A stretch of DNA of 64,000 bases from Octopus sinensis (taxonomy: Eukaryota): positions 18,786,001 through 18,850,000 of the forward strand of contig NC_043003.1 of the NCBI RefSeq assembly GCF_006345805.1, written 5' to 3'. A program made the position numbers and the translations under genes. Positions within the stretch are counted from its first letter, which is position 1. Each line of letters begins with the position of its first letter. The notes beneath the pieces are model-generated. The model ran no database searches and had not been told where the DNA came from. It worked only from the letters and a program-made list of their open reading frames with translations. This document shows, piece after piece, positions 37,912 to 50,207 of the stretch.

Positions 37912-38532
37912 GGGTTACTTTTACCAAGGCACAAGCAGTACTATCTTTCCTTTATAAGAAATAATAAAAAGCTTTTACAGATCCATAGTGAAGGAGGTTA
38001 AATACATCTAAGAAAGAAACAGATTTTCTTCTTCTTCACTTCCTTAAAAACCAATATCTTGTTCTCGCTGTCTGTCTGTGTCTCATACACATGACCCCGA
38101 AAAGCCTATGATATTTTTAGAGTCATTTTCTATTTTCCAACAAAATAAAAACAAAATTGAAGCTCTGCATTATCATTCTATTATACTATTGTACTTCTAC
38201 CATAATCCAATCAGAGAAACAAAATTAAGCTCTTTTTTGTTTTGTTTTGTTTTGTTTTTTCATTTTTAAATCACAGAATATTTTAGATGGATGAAGAAAA
38301 TGAATTGGAACATAAAAACTATGGACAAATTAGTCATCATCAAATTTTTGTTTCCATTAAAAATTAAATAATAGAAAGCAACAATATTCAGAAGTATTTT
38401 GAAAAGACATAAGGTTTAAATTAAAGAAAGCTATCTACCACTTTACACATCTCTAGAATTTCCTCATCCTATTGCTAACAACAGGAAATCCAACACAGCC
38501 AATATATTTACAGATTACATTGATTTTCTTAC

Positions 38533-38611
38533 ATTGGCACAAAGCCATAAATTTAATAAAGAGACAGTTGACTGGACGAACCCTGTGTATATTACTGGTA
38601 TTTGATCAAAC
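38533..38611 (-). other. Candidate 79-nt exon of unidentified minus-strand host gene
   Basis: Acceptor tttttgccctctccctccag| and donor aat|gtaaga; one open frame FDQIPVIYTGFVQSTVSLLNLWLCAN, or ATG GCT TTG near the 3' end. Confidence 0.35.
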
Positions 38612-38999
38612 CTGGAGGGAGAGGGCAAAAATCAACGCCAGCAGGATTTGGAATTTAGAATGTAAACCTTAACTAATGCAAGACATTTTGGCCAGTATTG
38701 TAGTACCAATTCTGTCTGCCATCCACTACTCTTTCACATTACAGTATTGATTTAACATCCACTTCCTGTAAAATTATATCCGATGAGTAATATCCAAACA
38801 TTTATTTCATTTAGTCTGCATTGAATAACAGAACAACAACATCAACAAAAGTACAAACTAAAATAATTTATAATAATTTGTCTTTATTCATTTCGTTTTT
38901 TTTTTCTTTTTTTGTCTGTTACAATTAAGGTTCATACGAGAATGAACAAACAACAAACACAACAGGTACCAGGTAAGATTTTTTTTTTTATCATGAGAG

Positions 39000-39720
39000 G
39001 TGTTTCCTACAGAGGTAGCAGGATTTTCTAGAAAAGTCCACTTCTGAAGAGAAAGAATGTGTAAACTGAAATGGCAGTTGGGTCCCAGTAGCTACCCCCA
39101 CCACTACCATCACCTTCCTCCCCCTCATCCTATTCACCCCCCTCCCGAGTCAAGTGATACGAAGGAGTAACACAGCAAGAATGGATTGTGTTAGCAGTAG
39201 TGACTGTAGTCCTCTTATTAGTGATACAGCGATGGCAAGTGTGGTAGTGGCATTAGCAGTAGTAACAGTAGTAGTAGCAGAACAAGTGTACACTGTACAC
39301 AAAATAGCAGCATCACATGAATAAGGAGAGACGGTGGGGAGGGGGGGAAGGAGGGCAGAGACAGACAGACAGACAGAGAGGCTTTTGCTAAATACACTTT
39401 GACAAAGCTAATTGTTGCTACACACTATAATGTATGGAAAGAAATCCAAGTTGAGTTGTCGGAGAGCGAGCGGGTGCAGCAGAGGGGGGGGTGCCCCCTT
39501 CTCCCCACCCCGGACACCCCACTCCCAATAACATTTGAAAAGCAGTTTAGCTATTATCATCCATGATCAGTCAGTGAAACTTAACATTTTCCAATTGCTA
39601 TCAAATCTTCAGTTACAATACAACTAGCTCCATTCAACACTGTGCTGCCATCACAGATAGTGGGAGGCTGACAAGCCGGCAAGAAGATGAACAGCAAGTT
39701 TTATATATATATAAAAAAAA
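39000..39720. promoter_or_regulatory. GC/CpG-elevated, repeat-free patch; candidate promoter or 5' UTR
   Basis: Several CpGs (gtcggagagcgagcggg, ccggac, gccggc) and G/C tracts within a SINE-free island; function inferred only. Confidence 0.3.
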
Positions 39721-39870
39721 AAAAGATAAATTTTAAAACAATGAAATGAAGAAAATTTTTTTTTTCTTTTACACTATGGTCTTTATTTTTCATTTTTTCA
39801 ATGAATAGTTAAGTAACAGAAGGAAAGTCACAATGGAAAGTGGATTAATAAAAACTGAGGTAATAACAAA

Positions 39871-39876
<6 letters not shown>

Positions 39877-39910
<34 letters not shown>
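39877..39910. repeat. (TA)n microsatellite
   Basis: Seen directly. Confidence 0.95.
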
Positions 39911-39912
<2 letters not shown>

Positions 39913-41082
39913 TTATCAGGACATTAGAAGAAAAAAATCTGGTATTGAACAGATCATTAAAGATAATCAGATCACTTAAATAGATTGTAATTAATCAAAA
40001 ACAATTTATCATAAATGGTGTGTGTGTGTGTATGTGTGTGTCTATTTCATGATAGATTTGTGAGTAAGCAAGTGCAACTATATGTATGGAGTAATGAGGT
40101 CTGTGAGAGGGTAATAATAATAATTATTATTATTATTATTATTATTATAAATACGAGAGGCAGGAGCAAATATTAGCTCAACACTATTAAAGAAATCAGC
40201 CTTTATTTTATCAATAAAACACATAGCAACTGACAGAACAGTAAAATGGAATTAAAATAATATAAATTATAAGAGGGTTCCTTCCAAGGTACTAAACTGA
40301 TTGCTATAGTGATTTCAGAAGAAATCAGAGAATCGATGAAGTTAAAACAACCAAAATATTTCATGCAGTTTAACTGCAAAAATAATTTGAATTCCAAGCA
40401 GATATTTTTTTTTTCAACAACACTATTTGATATTTCAGATTTTCATCAACTCTTATTTTTACCCCATTTACAATAAAAGAGGGAAAAAAAAAAAAAATTT
40501 AGATGAAGCATTTTTTTTTTCATTCATTCATTCATTTTCATTCATTCATTCACTCACAGGAAAAGGGTAGGTAAACTTTGTGTAACATTAAATCATTAAG
40601 GTGATAGATCTATTATATTATCCAGTTTGTTAATAACAAGTGAATTTATAATCACAACCCTAAATGTGTTTCGGTAATAATGATCTTGGTGTAAGCATAC
40701 TTTATTAACTACTAAATCATCATTACATTATTTAACAATCTGTGGAAGGCACTGCATTAAAAATAGCTTAACATATCATGTGATGCTATTCTCTCCTACG
40801 GACCAAATCATTATCTAAACCGTTTTATATTATAATTACTCAAGGAAAAAATATCGATGCTTATATTAAGCCTACATAAATGCTATATTACATCATTTAA
40901 ATAGCATAAAATCTATCAAGATTTTTGTTTTATTGCTATTTTATTTCTAAAAATAAATACATCAAGCACAAGAGGTTTTCTCGATTGTATATGTAAGATA
41001 TTTTTCTTTTTATGCATGCCTGTGTGCATGCACGTACTACGATTATGCACTTACACTCTATGGATGTGTAAGTGCACATCAG

Positions 41083-41083
<1 letters not shown>

Positions 41084-41121
<38 letters not shown>
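41084..41121. repeat. (TA)n microsatellite
   Basis: Seen directly. Confidence 0.95.
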
Positions 41122-41124
<3 letters not shown>

Positions 41125-42196
41125 GCACACACAGTGATATATACATACATGCACGTATATACACAAAAGAACCTTATCTTCTACTACTGTACTGCGTTAA
41201 TGAATTATGGAGCTTTTAAGTAGAAATCAAAGCAGTATACTATTCTGGAAAGTAGGAGTGATGACGGCAAACAGTCATTCACTCTTTCTCTCCACCAGAT
41301 AGTAGCACCAGCAGCAGAGAATGATTGGCTAATCTAGTACACACACACACACACACTATACCGGTAAAATGTGAAGCAAAATGATTCAAGGCACATGCTA
41401 ATATATATAGTACTCGCTCACTACCTGTAACATATCACGGGGATGCAGTAACTGCAGTTAAATAGTGATTCAAACACAAGATGTTATTTTAATAGTTTTT
41501 TGAATGCTATCTTTTTTTATATTATTATTATTATTATTATTTTTAGTTAAGATATATTTGAATTGAGTAAAAATCTCTTTAAAGAATCTTTTAAAATATA
41601 AAATTCCAGTAAATACAATAAATGAGAGAAATATAAATAAATAAAACTTCAATTATTTTAAGAAAAAGAAGAAAAAAAAAAACTCAATTAAGTAATTAAT
41701 AACGACTGGTTGGTTTGTCTGTTAGAAAGAAAATGTATCTGGCCAACTTTTATAGAAATGCATGTGATGAAGAAGACAGCAAAGTCGGCCAACATAGAAA
41801 ATTAGGCAATGACCTAAAAAAGATGGCTGTACTACCTAACAGAAGTGACCACACAGAGTAAAAAGCAAACCACATCAATTTATTAAACACAGAATTTGGG
41901 AATATTGTCAAAACAGGAAATGAAAATGAAACTAAGTACATATCTTCATTCATATAAATGTACTGGTAATAATAACTACTCTCAGGAAGTATAATTGTAT
42001 TATTACTGTTAAAAATAATTACGTTCCTCAACATAATTATGATTTTGTTGTCATTATTGTTTTGTTTTTTGTTTTTTGTTTTTTAATCTTTCATACTGTT
42101 TAATTTGTCGTCACCACCACCAAACCCAAATACAAGAAGACATTTAAGAAATAGCAATATATTCTTCTTTTGTAGTGATAATCAAAAGCATCTCCC

Positions 42197-42228
<32 letters not shown>

Positions 42229-42257
42229 AGATGAAGAAGAAGAACCAGCTTGAGCAA

Positions 42258-42680
42258 AAATTAATAATTGTTCCAAATTTTGGCACAAGGCCAGCAACTT
42301 CAAGGGGGGGGGGGCAACTGATTACATTGATCCCAGTACCAATAGAATGAAAAGCAAAGCCACTAAGTTTTGTCTAATGACTATCAGCTCACCACACTAA
42401 TGATAATAATTTCTTACAAGGAATCATTAATTTTTTTACAGACCAATAATAATAACCGTTTCTGACATAGGCACAAGGCCTGAAATTTATGGGATGGGTG
42501 GGAGAGATTAACTCGGTTAAGTCAACCCAAGTTCATGACTGGTATGTTATTTTATTGAGCCTAAAAGGATGAAATGCCAAGTCGACCTCGATGGGATTTG
42601 AACTCAGAACCTAAAGAGCCAGAGTACCACAAGCATTTTTTCCATTGTTATAACACTTCTGCAAATACACCACCCATCCA
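42258..42680 (-). mobile_element. Two SINE family B copies (3' fragment plus fuller copy) with (AAT)n flanks
   Basis: ggcacaaggccagc at about 42283; ggcacaaggcctgaaattt...gggatttgaactcagaac at about 42471-42610. Confidence 0.8.
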
Positions 42681-43304
42681 ATAAAAATCACAATAATTTC
42701 TTTATAAGAAACTGCTTTCTTTGAAAGCAGAAATCAGATCCATAAGTATTTTCAGTTAACAAATATTTACAAAAGACTAGAGGCTGAGTATGAATTATAG
42801 TTGGGATGTTACAAAGGCTCAAAAGAAACACTTACAGTTGACTAACGATATCTGTTTTGTTCAAGAACGAGAACCAAAAATTTTATGATTTTTCCAAAAA
42901 TCAAAGCCAGAAAAATTTTTGTGGAAAAATTTTTAAAAACAAAATTTACTGCTTCCATAAATCCACAAAACCGAACTTGGATTTTTTAAAGAATTTGTTT
43001 TTCTTAGAATAAACTTTCTTCAATAAAATTAAACAAAACTCAATTCCTTTGTGACCAAACTATTTTACATTGCATTGTGAAACAAAATACCCCTCAATAT
43101 CAATACATCCACAAACACAGATACTTCTCAGTAATTTGTTTTATAATTCAATCTGAATACAACTTTTAACCTTCAGCAAAATTACTATTAACCTTCAACA
43201 ATTTATTCACATTATTACTTATAGTCAGCAAAACTGGACTATTCTTAACTGAAATTCACATATTTGAGAAGTCAGTTTCACATTTTCACTCAATAAAGAT
43301 AGGC

Positions 43305-43787
43305 ACAGTCATGGTTGTGTGGTAAGAGATCTACTTCCCAACCACATGACTTCAGGCTCAGTCCCACTGCACCGCACGTTGGACAAGTGTCTTTTACTAT
43401 AGCCCCAAGCTGACCAAAGCCATGTGAATGGATTTAATAGATGGACACTGAAAGAAGCCCATTGTAAGATATATATATTTCAGGGTTGGGTCCCACAGAG
43501 GTAATGACAGACCTTTGGCATTATGTCATGCTTGAGAAGAAGAACCATCAGGTTGAGAAAAATCACAGTCGTGGCAGATACTAGTATCACACAAATGGCA
43601 CCTGTGCCAGTAGCATGTAAAAGCATCCATTACACTCTCAGATTGGTTGGTGTTAGGAAGGGCATCCAGCCATAGAAAATCGTACCAGATCAGACTGGAG
43701 TCTGGTGCAGCCTTCCAGCTTACCAGCCCTGGTCAAACAGTCCAACCCATGCCAGTATGGACAACAGATGTATGATGATGATGATAG
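43305..43787 (+). mobile_element. SINE family D, full length (family-A head, RTE-type tail)
   Basis: Head catggttgtgtggtaag...; tail ggtgttaggaagggcatcc...aacccatgccagtatgg...tgatgatga. Confidence 0.88.
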
Positions 43788-43998
43788 TATAAAGTCAGGG
43801 GGGTGTGAGAGATATATTCACCTAATTTTCTAAGGATTTTGGCTATTTTGAAACCTTCTTCATGTAGTATTTATTTCAGTATTCAAGAAATTATGCATAC
43901 ATGATTTTGCATTATTATGTATACTCAGCATTATACAATTGTATATTTACAAATTAATGCAAAGAAAGAAAGCTAGCTCATCAGATCACCAGAACATC

Positions 43999-44000
<2 letters not shown>

Positions 44001-44030
<30 letters not shown>
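44001..44030. repeat. (GT)n microsatellite
   Basis: Seen directly. Confidence 0.95.
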
Positions 44031-44032
<2 letters not shown>

Positions 44033-44110
44033 ATTTGTGTGTAAGTGTTACTGTCTCTTTGACTTAACATTAAATGATAGATGTAAAAAAGCATCACCGT
44101 CATACAAACA

Positions 44111-44352
44111 GTGGAGGCGTGTGGATTAGTAGCCAGGGTGTTGGACTCGTGATAGCAAGATTGTGATTTCAATTCCTGGACTGAGTGGTATGCTGTGTTC
44201 TTGAGCAAAACACTTCATTTCACATTGCTCCAGCCCACTCAACTGGCAAAAACAAGTAATCCTGTAATGGACTAGCATCCCATCAAGGAGGAAATATATG
44301 CACCATGGAAACCATCCCTGTGAGTATAAGACTCTAGAAGGATCTTTATCCT
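44111..44352 (+). mobile_element. SINE family E (different tRNA-like head)
   Basis: ggaggcgtgtggattagtagccagggtgttggactc...gtgttcttgagcaaaacacttcatttca; second copy 50465-50672. Confidence 0.75.
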
Positions 44353-44364
44353 ATATCATATCAA

Positions 44365-44545
44365 ACAAACATTGTCCATTTCCAGTAGTTAGTGAAAAGA
44401 TGTCTGGTGGTAGGATAACATTACCTTATGTGGAAATAGCTGAGGGTTGGTGACAGGAAGGGCATCTGGCTATAGAAAATTCACCAACAAATTTCATCCA
44501 ACCCATGCTAGTATGGAAAAAGTGGACATTAAAGCAATGATAATG
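44365..44545 (+). mobile_element. SINE family C 3' part
   Basis: gagggttggtgacaggaagggcatctggctatagaaaat...acccatgctagtatgg. Confidence 0.75.
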
Positions 44546-44689
44546 ACAACAGCACAAAACAAAATAACTGATTATAGTAGGTATATTATTATGTTGCTTG
44601 TTGCACAGTTTCATTTTAACTAAATAGATGCATTCTAAAATATTATCCATATTGTAATCCTTATATTTAGATTTCCATCTAGATCAGAG

Positions 44690-45000
44690 CACAATCTTTT
44701 GCAGAAGAAAAATCTGGAACCCAGACAACAGAAGAAAGCCATTAAAGAAATAGGCACAGCTGCTGAAACTAGCACAAGATAGCTATGGTTGATAAGAGAT
44801 CACATGTGAAACCCTTCCATAGGTGAAAACAAGCTCAGTCATCGCTGCTCCACTCTGGCGAAGTGTATAGACAAAAGGGCAAAACACTTGTGTCCCTGAG
44901 ATACCTGCTAATGATATGGAAGAGGTTCTAGTATTGCAATGGATTTAGAAGAGCTTACAAAACCTCCGAGTAGCTCCTATAGTTTCTGTGTGGGGCAAAG
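44690..45000 (+). mobile_element. Hero-like (RLE-type) LINE 3' end fossil
   Basis: 44711 onward translates NLEPRQQKKAIKEIGTAAETSTR*LWLIR, like the KAIKE..EAAE.ASRWLW.KR C-terminus; clade call from memory. Confidence 0.6.
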
Positions 45001-45024
45001 CATCTCTGATGTTTATTTCTCCTC

Positions 45025-45372
45025 ACCTAGGCACAGGCAATGGCTGTGTAACCAAGATGTTTGCTTTGCAACCACATGATTTCAGGTAGAGTTCCACAGC
45101 ATGTTACCTTTGGCAAGTATCTGCTATAGCTCTAGACCAATAAATACCTTGTGAATGAATTTGGGAGGTGGAAAATGTGTGGAAGTCCCTTGTGTGTGTA
45201 TGCACAAGTGTCTCACCATCTGGCAACATGTTCGTTTGCACCCTGGAAACCTAGCAGTTCAGCCAATAAGTGACTAATAGAATAAGTACCAAAGAAAATC
45301 AATGATGAGATTAATTTGATGGCATCCCAGAATGGCCACAGTCCAATGGTCAAAACAAAATAAAAGAATAAA
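45025..45372 (+). mobile_element. SINE family A, degenerate
   Basis: aatggctgtgtaacc head to cacagtccaatggtcaaaac tail. Confidence 0.75.
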
Positions 45373-45499
45373 AAATTCCTGCAAAGAAATTATCCTCAAT
45401 TTCCTTGTCTTCACAAGTTGTGCTTTACTATGACTAAAAGGGGGAGAAAAAATTCTTTCTCATTAAATGCACTATAATAAACTAAACTTTCTCATATGG

Positions 45500-45835
45500 T
45501 GTAAGTATGTCCCCGTGGTTAAGAAGTTTATATTACAACCACATGGTTTCAGGTTCAATCCCACTGCACAACACCCTGGGTGGCTTCTAGTGTAGAAGTC
45601 TGTCGTGTATATATGTGTGCATGTATATCTGTATGTGTTTGTCTCTCACAATATGACAACTTGTGTTGGTCTGTTTGCATTGCCATCATTTAGCAGTTCA
45701 GCAAAACAGGGCCAAAGGAGGAAGTTAAAAGACTTGAAGTAAGTACTAGTGTCAATTTGATTGACTAAACCATTCAAGGCAGTGCCCCAGTATGCGATCA
45801 GTCCAATGAGTGAAACACGTACAAGAATTTTTAAA
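45500..45835 (+). mobile_element. SINE family A
   Basis: ggttcaatcccactgc...ttcaaggcagtgccccagtatg. Confidence 0.8.
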
Positions 45836-46544
45836 ATATGGTATATACAAGTAAACAAAATATGATGAGCAAAATCAAGGCAAAAAAACCTAAGAGTAAA
45901 CAAACAAAAAAAGAACAAAAATCTACTGCAGTTAATGAAACAACTGAACAAAAATTAAAAATAAAAATTAATTGGCCAAAGGATTAAGAAGCTTGATGAA
46001 ATAACAGCCTACATTTATAATTAAGTGAAAAGATCCAACAGTTTTGCCAAGATTGCAAATATGAGATGGATTTTAAATTGTTGCTATTATTATTATTAAG
46101 TGTAATACAGAGGATTTATGATACTCAAAATTTAAGATGTAAACCAGCAAGTCGGTCACTAGAATAAGAAATACTGATTTCTTTTATTTTTTTCTCCCAC
46201 AGAAAAGTCATTTAAAGGAATAGAAGAAATTTTCTTTTTTAAAATAAGATGCCAGCAGCGGTCTTAATAAAATGAGTCAGAAGATCAATAATGTTCTGAC
46301 AAAATAATTTAACACTGCTTTGGAGAGACGGGCATGAAATTAGTTAAAGATGAAATTTCTTCAGACTAAAGAATTTTAAGAACTTTAATTCTTTAGTCTG
46401 CAAAAATGTCTAGCTCAGATATACTTTTAATCTAATTTTATAGTATGAATTACATATGCTATTGATTTGTGATTTTTATGTAAAATAACATAAAATAAAA
46501 AAAACTACATAAATTTCTAACATTGACATGCTAAATGATGATGA

Positions 46545-46981
46545 TCATCATCATCCTTTCTGCTGTAGGCACAAGGCCGCAAATTTTGGGGGCAGGGGGG
46601 GGCTAATCAATTACATTGACCCCAGTGCTTGACTGGTACTTGATTTACTGACCCAAAGGGATGAATGGCAAAGTTTGATCTCAGAATGTAAAACTAGAAA
46701 AAATGCCATGAGGTATTTCGTTCAATATGTCCCCTGACATTTCTGGCTGAGACTCGGGTACAACTTGTATAAATTAAAGCAAAAACCAAACCATATAATA
46801 ATTTCAAATTCTGGCACAAGGCCAGCAATTTTGGGAAGGGGCTAAGTTGATTACATTGACCCCAGTATTTAACTGGTACTTAATTTATCAACCTTGAAAG
46901 AATGGAAGGTGAACATAAAGGTGGACGAAATGCCACTAAGCATACTACCCAGCATGCTAACAATTCTACCAGCTTGTCACC

Positions 46982-47031
<50 letters not shown>

Positions 47032-47655
47032 TTCAAATTTTTCTACAAGAGCAATAATTTGGGGGGAGGGGATGAGTTGATTACATTGACCTCAGTTTTC
47101 AACTGGTACTTTTTTTATCAACCCTGAAAGGATGAAAGGCAACGTCAACCTTGCCTTGGTGGAATTTGAACTAAGATTGTAACGACAGGTAAAATATCAC
47201 TAAGCATTTCATCCAACACACTAATGATTCTGCCAGCTCGCCACATGATAATAACAATAATAATAATCCTTTCTACTATAGGCACAAGGCCTGAAATTTT
47301 GGGGAAAAGGGACTAGTTAATTTATCAACTCCGAGAGAATGAAAGGCAAAGTTGACCTCAGCAGAATTTGAACTCAGAACATAATGACAGGTGAAACACT
47401 AAGCATTTTACCTGGTGTGCTAACCATTCTGCCAGCTCGCCACATTATTAATAATAATAATAATTGTTTGTAATACAGACATGATAAGTGAAATGTAGAG
47501 GAGATGAATAATCAATTATATTATCAACACTAGAGAGATGAAAAGCAAAATTAATTTCATGGGGATTTGAACCTAGAATATAAGAGTCAGAGGAAATACC
47601 ATAATGCTTTTAATCTTTTCCCCTCAATGCTCTGATTCTGCCAATACACCATCCT
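46545..47655 (-). mobile_element. Chain of five same-orientation SINE family B copies, most separated by (AAT)n
   Basis: Copies start about 46545, 46795, 46983, 47246 and 47446; a sixth degenerate copy follows; (ATA)n run at 46982-47031. Confidence 0.88.
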
Positions 47656-47789
47656 TTAAAATAATATTGGTAAAAGGCCAAACAGAAGATTGGAGGAGGA
47701 GAACAGTCAGTTATTCCATACACACACATTAAGTGACAGGTATTTTATTTTGTTGACATTGAAATGAGATGACCACTAGAAAAGTGTGA

Positions 47790-48130
47790 AAAAGATTCAG
47801 AGAATGACAAAGTGATTATACTCAGGGATATGCCAAACAACACAGACAGATAATTCAAGACTAACTAGAGGAAAGGAAGTGCCTCCTAATCAAAGATTCA
47901 GTCCCACATATAATAATATGTTTCTAAATGAAATGGTGAAATTATATATAAAGGCCTGGAAGTAGAGATAACCAGAATGTGTGAACCGAAAACAAAAAAA
48001 AAACCCTAAAATAATATTAGGTGCCTTGGAAATTATTAAAAAGCATAACGAAAACCTCACGACTTACAAACATACACAGTACAAAGAGCACAGCATTACC
48101 AAATACTGCACACACAATCAACTATAATAG
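47790..48130 (+). mobile_element. Dong/R4-clade LINE endonuclease (RLE) region fossil
   Basis: ENDKVIILRDMPNNTDR, KCLLI, KGLEVEITRM, IILGALEIIKK, LTNIH...ALPNTAHT track the ILWD...RPD...D...K.K.LE.E...W...I.GALG...LLGTAH C-terminus. Confidence 0.75.
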
Positions 48131-48981
48131 CAAAACAATGTAACAGAAAAACAGGAAAAACAAAACCAAAAGATGTAGCACATTTACAAGATGGAAAAGT
48201 AAATGTTAAAAATTTTGATGATGATGATAACTGGATGATACACAAGAAAAGAAAGTTTAGCAGCAAGAAAATGCTATGTTCCAGAGACTGATAGCAAATG
48301 AGAACAGTATGGCTCTTTAGGATATATAAGAGAATCAATCAGATATTATGAAGAAAAGAAGAGATCCGGGTCTACTCTAATTGATACAGCTTCTCCAAAT
48401 GATAACAACATATATGTAAAGAAAGTTAGAAAATGATGGTGATGATGAAGATATTAATCAGTTCTTTATTTGTCACAAAGGTGAAAAGTGGGACGCATTG
48501 ACATAGGTAAAAAAAAACAGTGAGTGTTTTACAGTAACCCAAAAAACCAAATTGCTTAAAATAAGGTGAGTATAAAATAAGCTCCAAATATATACCAGAT
48601 GAATATGAACTTAGATACAAATCCATAATGATTCATGGAAGTTTTTCTGTATACTTCAGCATAATCTATATCTCCCTCCACCATCAGATTTTATCTTGGA
48701 AAACATTACACATATTTAGTCATACATACTAACGATAAATAACAAAAAGAGGGTGGTGCTACGGAACAAGTACAATGGGAGTGCTGGACAACCAGAAAAC
48801 AAGACAGAACACCATTAATAGGGATGAACAAACAAATAAGGTTAATAAAAAAAACCTACAAGAAAATACAAAGAAATGGGTAAGAGATAAAAATGGTGAA
48901 ATAAAGCAAGTGAGTCATTGTTAGATATTTTGAGAGAGTAAATAAGCCAGATGGGACAAATATAGAAAACACAGACACACC

Positions 48982-49039
<58 letters not shown>

Positions 49040-49223
49040 ATGTATGAAATTAAAGAAAGTAAGTCTTTATATCATTAATAGTAAATGAAATATCCTGTTT
49101 AAAGATTTGGTTAAATTTCTGCCGACCAATTGTCATCAAGAACCAGCTCTAGGATGCTAACCAGATTAATTCTACAAGCAGGAACTTAATGCGTTTTAAA
49201 AGGACGTTTGGTCACCTGATATA

Positions 49224-49556
49224 TATATCTTTTATTTGTCTCAGTCATGAGATTGTGGCCATGCTGGGGCATCGCCTTGCAGAATTTCAGCCAAATGAAT
49301 CAACCCCAGTACTTATTTTTTAAGCTTGGTACTTATTTTATCAGCCACTTTTGCCAAACTGCTAAGTTACAAGGACGTAAACACAACAACACCACTTGTC
49401 AAGCAATGGTGAGGAACAATCACACACACACACACACACACACACACAAGACAGGCTTTTTTCAACTCAACTTCCATCTACCAAATTCACTCACAAGGCT
49501 TGCAGTGGGACTGAACCCAGAACCATGTGGTTGGCAAGTGAACTTCTAACCACACC
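49224..49556 (-). mobile_element. SINE family A, internally deleted
   Basis: cactcacaaggcttgcagtgggactgaacccagaacc junction lacks the central segment. Confidence 0.85.
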
Positions 49557-49744
49557 TATACTTATATGTATAAAGTTATAAACAGCTGATAGAAATGAAA
49601 ATGTAATCTGCTGAGGGCAGCACCAACACGAGTACACATGTTATCTCTTCACATTTTGTATACTGCAATGCTTGACCAGTTACACACACATGGATTAAAT
49701 TCGATAAATGATAGTGATCAATTATAAGAACTGTTTGCAAATGT

Positions 49745-50207
49745 CAGACTGACCAATGCCTTGTGAGTGAATTTGGTAGATGGAAACAGGAGGCAAGCCT
49801 GTCGCACACACGCGCTTGTGTGTGTGTGTGTGTGTGTGTGCATACATATATGAACAAATGTGTGTTCCTGAACTTTCAAACTTCATACATAAAAGACTTT
49901 TCCATTCTTCCTGAGCATTAAACTAATACACCTGCTTGTTATTCCTACACCTGTCTTTGTCTTTTGTTTTCTGTAAAATTTGAACTATATATACACGTGT
50001 GTATGTGTGTGTGTGTGCATGCCTTTGTTTGTCCCCTACCATAACCAGTGTTGGTTTGTTTACATATCCATAGCCGTTTAGCAAAAGAGACCAACAAAAT
50101 AACTATCAGACTTTAAAAAAATCTAAGTATTGGGTCTAATTAATTCAACTAAAATCCTTCAAGGCAGTGCCCCAGTATGGCCAGTCCAATAACTGAAATA
50201 AGTAAAA
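49745..50207 (+). mobile_element. SINE family A 3' portion with extra (GT)n/AT-rich insert
   Basis: gccttgtgagtgaatttggtag...ccttcaaggcagtgccccagtatgg. Confidence 0.7.

Noticed and set aside
46545-47655. Regularly spaced repeats resembling an array or CRISPR
   Set aside because: Units are ~200-bp diverged SINEs in a eukaryotic context; no short repeat/unique spacer structure and no cas genes.
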